This document shows, one piece after another, positions 53,841-60,000 of a stretch of DNA of 60,000 bases. Made by a program: the position numbers and the translations under genes. Positions within the stretch are counted from its first letter, which is position 1. Each line of letters opens with the position of its first letter. Source of the stretch: Callorhinchus milii (lineage: Eukaryota); the NCBI RefSeq assembly GCF_018977255.1, contig NW_024704742.1, forward strand, positions 25,980,001 through 26,040,000, read 5' to 3'. The notes under the pieces are model-generated. The model ran no database searches, was not told the DNA's origin, and was given only the letters and a program-made list of their open reading frames with translations.

Positions 53841-54077
53841 TGACAGCCATAGGACCGAGAATTCCTGAGATTAGTGACAGCTCTCATGGAGAGAATTCCT
53901 GGCATTAGTGACAGCGCTCGGGGAGAGAATTCTTGTGAACAGTGATAGATAGCTCTTGGGGAGAGAATTCCCGAGATTAGTGACAGCTTTCAGGGAGAGA
54001 ATTCCTGGCATTAGTGACAGCTCTCAGGGAGAGAATTCCTGGGATTAACGACAGATCCAGGACTGAGAATTCCAGGT
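53841..54077. repeat. 34-bp minisatellite, about 7 copies (GAGAATTCCTGGCATTAGTGACAGCTCTCAGGGA)
   Basis: GAGAATTC starts at 53857, 53891, 53925, 53963, 53997, 54031 and 54065. Period is 34 with one 38-bp unit. Confidence 0.95.
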
Positions 54078-54228
54078 TATCTGAGCTTGCCATTTTTGGT
54101 CTACTAACTGTAGCATCAAAACAAACATTAATATCACAGTAGGAGAAGTTGCTCTAATTATATATGAATGAGCCTTATTATCAAAATAAACTATTGAAAC
54201 TGTTTTTAATCATGAATTTTTAAAACTA

Positions 54229-54329
54229 CAGTGGAACCGGTTTAAACTGGACACATCTTAGCCGGGCGTTTTGTCCAATTTACCTGGCGTCCAAGGGTAA
54301 CCAGTGTCCAGTTAAAGCGGCTTCCACTG
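54229..54329. mobile_element. Tc1/mariner-pogo (Tigger-like) MITE, 101 bp
   Basis: TA|CAGTGGAACCGGTTTAAACTGGACAC...GTGTCCAGTTAAAGCGGCTTCCACTG|TA. The 26-bp TIRs match at 22 of 26; TA TSD. Confidence 0.88.
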
Positions 54330-55289
54330 TACTTTTACTTCTCCAATCCTTACCCCTTGTTTTCCTCTGCCCCGTATCTCCTCCTGTTGCATTTACTATT
54401 TAATATTTCCAGCTTGAGCTGTTTCTCAGAACTTATGTTTGCATTTATTTTGAATTGGTATTTTATTGTTTAAAATGGCACTTGATGTTTAATAATTCTC
54501 GTTATCGATGTATCATGTATGTTATTTAGCCTAAGACTAGCAGTGTGAATATGATGGTGGATGGCTACTAATAGTTCACTAAAACCTTCATTGGTTTATT
54601 GGGGGTCATTTTCTTGCTATTAAAATGCCAATGGTAAAACCGGTTTGGCGGGGCTTTAAATAATAAACATAATCCTTGCATTTGATATAGCGCCTTATAC
54701 TATCTTTTGAGTTCTGAATGTCAGTCCAAATCAGCAGGGTCTAGGGTTAATTTAAAATCAAATTATTTTTAATAGCAGATAAGAAGATTTTAAATTGGAT
54801 AACACACATAGGAAAATGATCCCCAAATTAACCCTAAAACTTTTATTGGTCTATTGCTCTCAGTGGCCATATTCTTCAGGATTCATGCTGCCACCTTTAA
54901 GATAAGTAGCATATGTGATATGGAGCGTGAAAATTATTAAAGGTTGAGTGCCATTTTGAGGAATAAAATTAAAAATAATGGGTGTATGACCTCTGAGCTG
55001 GAGCTGGGTAAGAGGAAGTGCATTGAACGAGGACCACATGCAGTCTATATGATTAAGTGTAAGCGAAGGTAAGTTTTTTAGGTGGAGGAATTATTGGACA
55101 AGGAATATTTTACTGTGTATTTTATACAAGCATTACAGAATTCTTGTGCTCCAAATGTAGTTGCTGGGTTGAAACTGAAAATATCTGTAAATCCAGCCCA
55201 AACCTTCGAAATTTGTGCCACACTAAAAATGTGACAGCCTGGCCTAGTTGACAACTCTCTCACCTTTGAGTCAGAAGGTTGTGGGATCA

Positions 55290-55885
55290 ACAACAACTTG
55301 CATTTATATAGAGCACCTCAGGGTAGCGTTCCAGAGCGCTTGACAGTGGCGGAGCACAGCGCCAAACTGGAGGGAGGTAAGTGTAGGCACAGTTGAAGTG
55401 GAAGTCCTTCAGGCATGGCCTAAAGATGGGGAAGGAAGGGCAAGGCAGAGGGAGAGAGGAAGAGTGTTCCAGAGTTTCGGGGCATAGTAGCTAAAAGCAC
55501 GGCCACCAATGGTGGTCACGGGGGACATGCAGGAGGCCGGAGTGGAGGCAGCGGTTAGTGGGTTGGGGAGTAACCAGGTTGGAGAGGTAGGGAGGTGCCA
55601 GGGGATGAAGTGATTTAAAAATGAATCTGAGGATCTTGAAATCGATCCATTTGCCGATAAGGAGCCAGTGGAGCCTAGGTAGGAATGATGTGATGGGGGT
55701 ACGGAGTTGAGTGTGGGTGAGTGTATGGGCAGCAGGTTTTGAAATAGCTAGAATTTGTGTATTGTGGATGGGGAGACTGGCAAAGAGGGCATTTGAATTG
55801 TTGAGGCAGTAGGTGATGAACGCATGGATGAGTGTTTCAACTGCGTCTGGGTTAAGGTACAGTCGGAGGCAGGCAATGTGCAGGA
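55290..55885 (-). mobile_element. L2 LINE 3' fragment, divergent subfamily
   Basis: ETLIHAFITYCL...PRLHWLLIGKWIDFKIL; tail tataaatgcaagttgttgttg on the minus strand. Confidence 0.85.
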
Positions 55886-55889
55886 ACAT

Positions 55890-56215
55890 TGTAACCCCAT
55901 ACCATCTTGCCTGCTCCCTCTGCTCAGCGGGTTCCGGCCTGCTCACATCCCCTGCCTCGCTTGCCCACCCACTGGGAGGCGGCCCTGCTGCCCTTCTGCC
56001 CCCACCCTCTGGAACTCCATCCTGCAGTCCCTCCGCCTCACCCCTTCTCTTGCTTCCTTCAAGACCCATCTCAAGACCCTCCTCTTCGACCATGCTTTTG
56101 ATCACCCTGCTTCCCCCCCTGCCCTCAACCCCCAGCTCGGGTTCGAAACTCTAACTGTCCAGCCCCTTGGGACATCCTCCGGATGTGAAAGGAGCTATAC
56201 AAATGGTTGTTGTTG
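55890..56215 (+). mobile_element. L2 LINE 3' end, younger subfamily
   Basis: APTLWNSILQSLRLTPSLASFKTHLKTLLFD; tail gggacatcctccggatgtgaaaggagctatacaaatggttgttgttg. Confidence 0.88.
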
Positions 56216-56572
56216 CAAGACAAAGAATAAGCTCTACTAAGGATTTACAACCCAAGATCAGACTAGCACCAGTGTGCATGTTAGTATTGCCACTAGCATC
56301 TTTCAAATGATGGATGACTATCTGGAAATTCACTTTCTGAAAATAGTACTATGTGTCATAGAAGGTAACTGCAACTTCGAACTTGTATCCTTTCAGGCAG
56401 CAGAAAGTGTTTACACTGATATCCATTTGTATAGGGCATGATTGATATTGTCTTCACGTGGCAAGCAAAATTCATGCATTGCCCAGAATTCTACGGACAG
56501 AAACCTGGTACCCACCCGCAGTTCATTGGCTTGCTGGCTTTTCCACAGGAACTGGAATTTACAGATATAAAG

Positions 56573-56900
56573 ATAAACCTTGCATTTGATATAGCATCTA
56601 CAACGTCAAAACATTGCCAGGTGCATCATAGTTTTCTGCAAAATGTAGTCGCTGTTGTTTAGGCAAGCAAGAGCAATTTGCACACAGCAATATTCCACTA
56701 ACAGTTATGAAGCAAATGACCAATTTTGGTGATAATATAGTATCATGAGATCTTATAAGAGTGATGGAACCTCAGTTTAATGCTTCATTTGAATTGCTCC
56801 CTAGCACTGCATTTGAAGTGCCAGCCTGGATTGTGAGTTCAAAGCCTTCACAAGGGGCTTGAACCCACAACCTTTTGGCTCAGAGGCAAGACTCTGCCCC
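56573..56900 (-). mobile_element. Decayed SacSINE1-like SINE
   Basis: Tail ccttgcatttgatatagc, core caatttgcacacagcaa and head ggggcttgaacccacaacctt. Confidence 0.7.
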
Positions 56901-57144
56901 ATATAAGAAGAACTTACTTTTTACAACAAATTATCATGTCAGAGTCTTTTTGAGTAATTGCTATCAAGTGGTCGTTTAATCAAACCCAGCAGCCATTTTG
57001 CACATAGTAAGTTCCTACAACCCCATGAGGTCAATTATGAATTTTATCTGGGCCAGGGCATGGGGAGAAACCCCATTTTGTTTTTGAATAGTGCAATGGA
57101 GGTCTTTAAAGTCCACTAAAGACTCAAGATTTGGAAGTAGAGGT

Positions 57145-57456
57145 GGAGTCCTGTAGCTCAGTGGTTAGAGCAACGCACCTTGCAAGCGAGACACCTGGGT
57201 TCAATTCCAGGCAGGGCAAAACCTTGGGTAAGTTTCCTTACTCCACACGCCTAATAATAATCTCTCCAAAAAAAAACAATAATAAATTGGTCATTTTTCA
57301 AACCATCACTGTTTGTGGGACACTGCTGTGCACAATTGGCTGCCGCGTTTCACCTACAAATATACGGTCAATTCACTTTACAGTATATTCTGTGAAGCGC
57401 TTTGAGACATCTCGACGATGTGATAAGCGCTATATCAAATGCAAGGATTATTATTT
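57145..57456 (+). mobile_element. Young full-length tRNA-headed Deu-SINE, short variant
   Basis: ggagtcctgtagctcagtggttagagc (A box), ttgcaa, gggttcaattcc (B box), Deu core, stem-loop tail, ggattattatt. Confidence 0.9.
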
Positions 57457-57503
57457 TTAGTTCCTCCTGAGCTCCATTTTAGATTTGCTTATGGCTATTA
57501 TGC

Positions 57504-57713
57504 CTAATAATAATCCCTCCAAAAAAACAAAAACAATAATTAAATTGGTCATTTTCAATCTACGACTGTTTGTGGGACATTGCTGTGCGCAATTGGCTGC
57601 CGCGTTCGCCCACAAATATACAATCAATTCACTTTACAGTGTGTTCTGTGAAGCGCTTTGGGACGTCCTCCCGACGTGAAAAGCGCTATATCAAATGCAA
57701 GGATTATTATTAT
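57504..57713 (+). mobile_element. Headless second copy of the same SINE, in tandem
   Basis: Nearly identical to the reverse complement of about 24106-24318. Confidence 0.9.
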
Positions 57714-58746
57714 CTTATATTTATGCCAGATATAACACATAGCGGTATATCAAACGTATTTTCATATTCTGCGCATCTTAATTATTGTACCAGATTTAAA
57801 AATAAATTGTGGATATATAGAATAATTAAAGCGGAAAACTTACTTTTCCATCCTGCTCATGTAGAATAATTCATTGTGTAATATCCTCTCAATGGTTAGA
57901 ACAAGGACAATCCTAACTAAGTGTAGCCTGGTGAATATCAAAACACAGGTTAACAGACAAGGACAGTAACGTTAGGAAGATAGATGGTCAGTTTACGCTG
58001 TGCCTTTCATTGACTGTCTTGTGCAAAATTGACAGTGAAGGTCAAGGCAAAAATCATTGCTTCCCGGTAAAATATGTTCCTTACATGTTCCTGAATCTCT
58101 TCTGCATTTTAGCTGAAGCTGCTGAAGAAACCTAATCAACTTGACCTTAATACAAACACAATTGTTATTGTGACAGCTGACTATGACCGGTAATGGATTG
58201 ATCTAACCCCATCGTGAGGCAATTCACAGTTATCGCATTCTCCTTGAGAGAGTAGTTTCTCATCATTTAGGAGCATATTAAGCAATAGCTTCAGCCCTAT
58301 AAAAATGCATCATTACCTCGCTTGTTCAGTCTCGCTGGGATTGAAATGATACCTAGTTCAACTCTTGCAGCTCTTCTCAATTCCCACTCCCCCACCCCAT
58401 ACCCCTTTCCCACCCCCATCACTAACCCAAAATGTTTCCTTAACGCTCCTTTCATAAAAACAGAATAATCTTTCATGCATCTCAGTTCAGTTGCTGAAAG
58501 CTAAACCAATCACAGTGGAATATTGTTGTGTTGAATACTTGAGAAAAAACACATTTTTGGATGTGTGCTGTGGAACATATATCTGCTCCTCAGGAAACCC
58601 ACCTAATTCCCATGCATCAAACCAAGGAGGACGTGATTAAAGTGTTAATGATAAGACATTCATCTGACCAGATGTTATGAATCTTTCTAAAACTTTAAAT
58701 AGCAAAGGATGATATTCAAGGTAATACACAGACCTCTACAACCTCT

Positions 58747-58998
58747 GGAGTCCTGTACCATACTGGTTAGAGCATTCACCTTGCAAGCAAGTGGACCTGC
58801 GCTCGATTCTCGGTTGGGGTGAAACATTAGGCAAGTTTCCTTACTCCTCTGTTTACCTAGCAGCAAGTTGAAGCCCGGTTGTTGGTTGATTGGTGGATTG
58901 GTTTACTAGGGGTAATAATCCCTTAAAAAAAATAATATTTTGGTCACTCAGTCTACAACTGTTTGTGGAACACTGCCCAATTTGCTGCCCCGTTTTGC
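58747..58998 (+). mobile_element. tRNA-headed Deu-SINE, long variant, 3'-truncated
   Basis: ggagtcctgta...ggttagagc...ttgcaag head, ctgtttacctagcag segment and partial Deu core. Confidence 0.75.
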
Positions 58999-59887
58999 TG
59001 GTTTTGGTACTCCAGTATGCTGATGGTTTCTGCATTGTCAGATACCTGTGGGACCAAACCAAATGAGGCTGAATGGATTGACGTTTCAAAGAGCCAGTCC
59101 AGACTCTCCGGTGCTGTAAATTTCTGTTTCTATGGTTCTAAGTCACCTTACCCTTTTGGATAAAAGAAGCTCCTCAAATAGATGTAGACCCACTTTGTGG
59201 TTTAATGGAGGCTGCAAAAGTATATAGTGCCATCAGTCAGTGTTGGGATGATTATGTGCTAACGTAACCCAGGAAAAATGTGAAATTTTAATCATCTGTA
59301 GTTGACAAGTCAGAAGTAAAATCAGGCTGTCTGAGTGGGTATTTTGAGTATTATCATTCCCTGATCCAGGTTTAGCTGTCTCAATAATAATAGGATTTTC
59401 AGAAAAATCAAACTGATGATATACTTTTGCAGCCTCTGTTAAAACCCAGAAGGATTCCACAATATGTAAAGAATTTATTTTACCCTGAAGGGTGTGATAA
59501 TTGCACAGTGCATGATTTTTTTTAAAAAAAACATTGTGTAGAATTTTCTTCCATTACATATGAATTACACGCGTAAATCTCTATTCCATAGAAGAAATTA
59601 AATTTTCACTGCACCAAGTTCCAAAACCAAGATATCACAATTTTTCTGGGGGGGGGGACTGTGAAGCAATTCTGAGGTTATAACTATGGCAAACGCTAGT
59701 TTTTCACAAAGCTTCTTTCACCACCAAAGAACAATGAATATTCTCTTCATTCTTACTCCCTTATCCACCATGCTTGCCTTGTTAATTTACTGATTTAATA
59801 GAGCGTATCTGCTCTGTAATCATTTAGCAACAGAAGTGGATAGTGAGCAAGCTGAATTCGTAGCTGAGCTTTACACTGTCTGTTCAG

Positions 59888-60000
59888 GTTACTGCAGAAT
59901 GAAGAAATGGAAAAGCACTACACAAGATCACTTAAATGTTCGTTCGTTGAGCAGTTTCCTGTGGCTTACAAAGATGGTATTCTCTCTCCACTACAACATA
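59888..60000 (+). CDS. STK32B: Candidate terminal coding exon of STK32B: (K)LLQNEEMEKHYTRSLKCSFVEQFPVAYKDGILSPLQH..., open at the window end
   Basis: Acceptor ctgtctgttcAG. Phase 2 is compatible with the previous exon and restores FNREK-L. No stop codon before the window end, but weak sequence conservation. Confidence 0.5.

Noticed and set aside
53841..54077. CRISPR-like periodic repeat
   Set aside because: The units are head-to-tail with no unique spacers, there are no cas genes, and the context is a vertebrate intron. It is a minisatellite.
57145..57220. tRNA-Ala(TGC)-like gene (also 24345-24422 and 58747-58820)
   Set aside because: The acceptor stem does not pair and the sequence runs straight into a Deu core and LINE tail. 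These are SINE heads.

Overview
This is vertebrate genomic DNA, not prokaryotic. The repeat content (Deu-domain SINEs resembling shark SacSINE1, L2, CR1, Penelope) points to a cartilaginous fish, possibly a chimaera. The window lies inside one + strand multi-exon gene, the YANK-family serine/threonine kinase STK32B. Seven GT-AG exons (23951-53436; 38, 90, 104, 117, 126, 132 and 65 bp) splice in frame to give the catalytic loop through the AGC-type C-tail. A probable terminal exon starts near 59888. The 5' exons appear to lie upstream of the window. Introns are dense with L2 and CR1 LINE fragments, two tRNA-headed Deu-SINE families with L2-type tails, a Penelope element with degenerate hammerhead motifs, a solo LTR with target-site duplication (TSD), several MITEs and a 34-bp minisatellite. 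Most ORFs in the supplied track are transposon relics or noise. I found no convincing new biological system. The best leads are the solo LTR, the shared SINE/L2 3' stem-loop, inverted repeat pairs in the pre-mRNA and an ambiguous last exon. Repeat boundaries were set by eye and are approximate; exon numbering follows my recollection of human STK32B.
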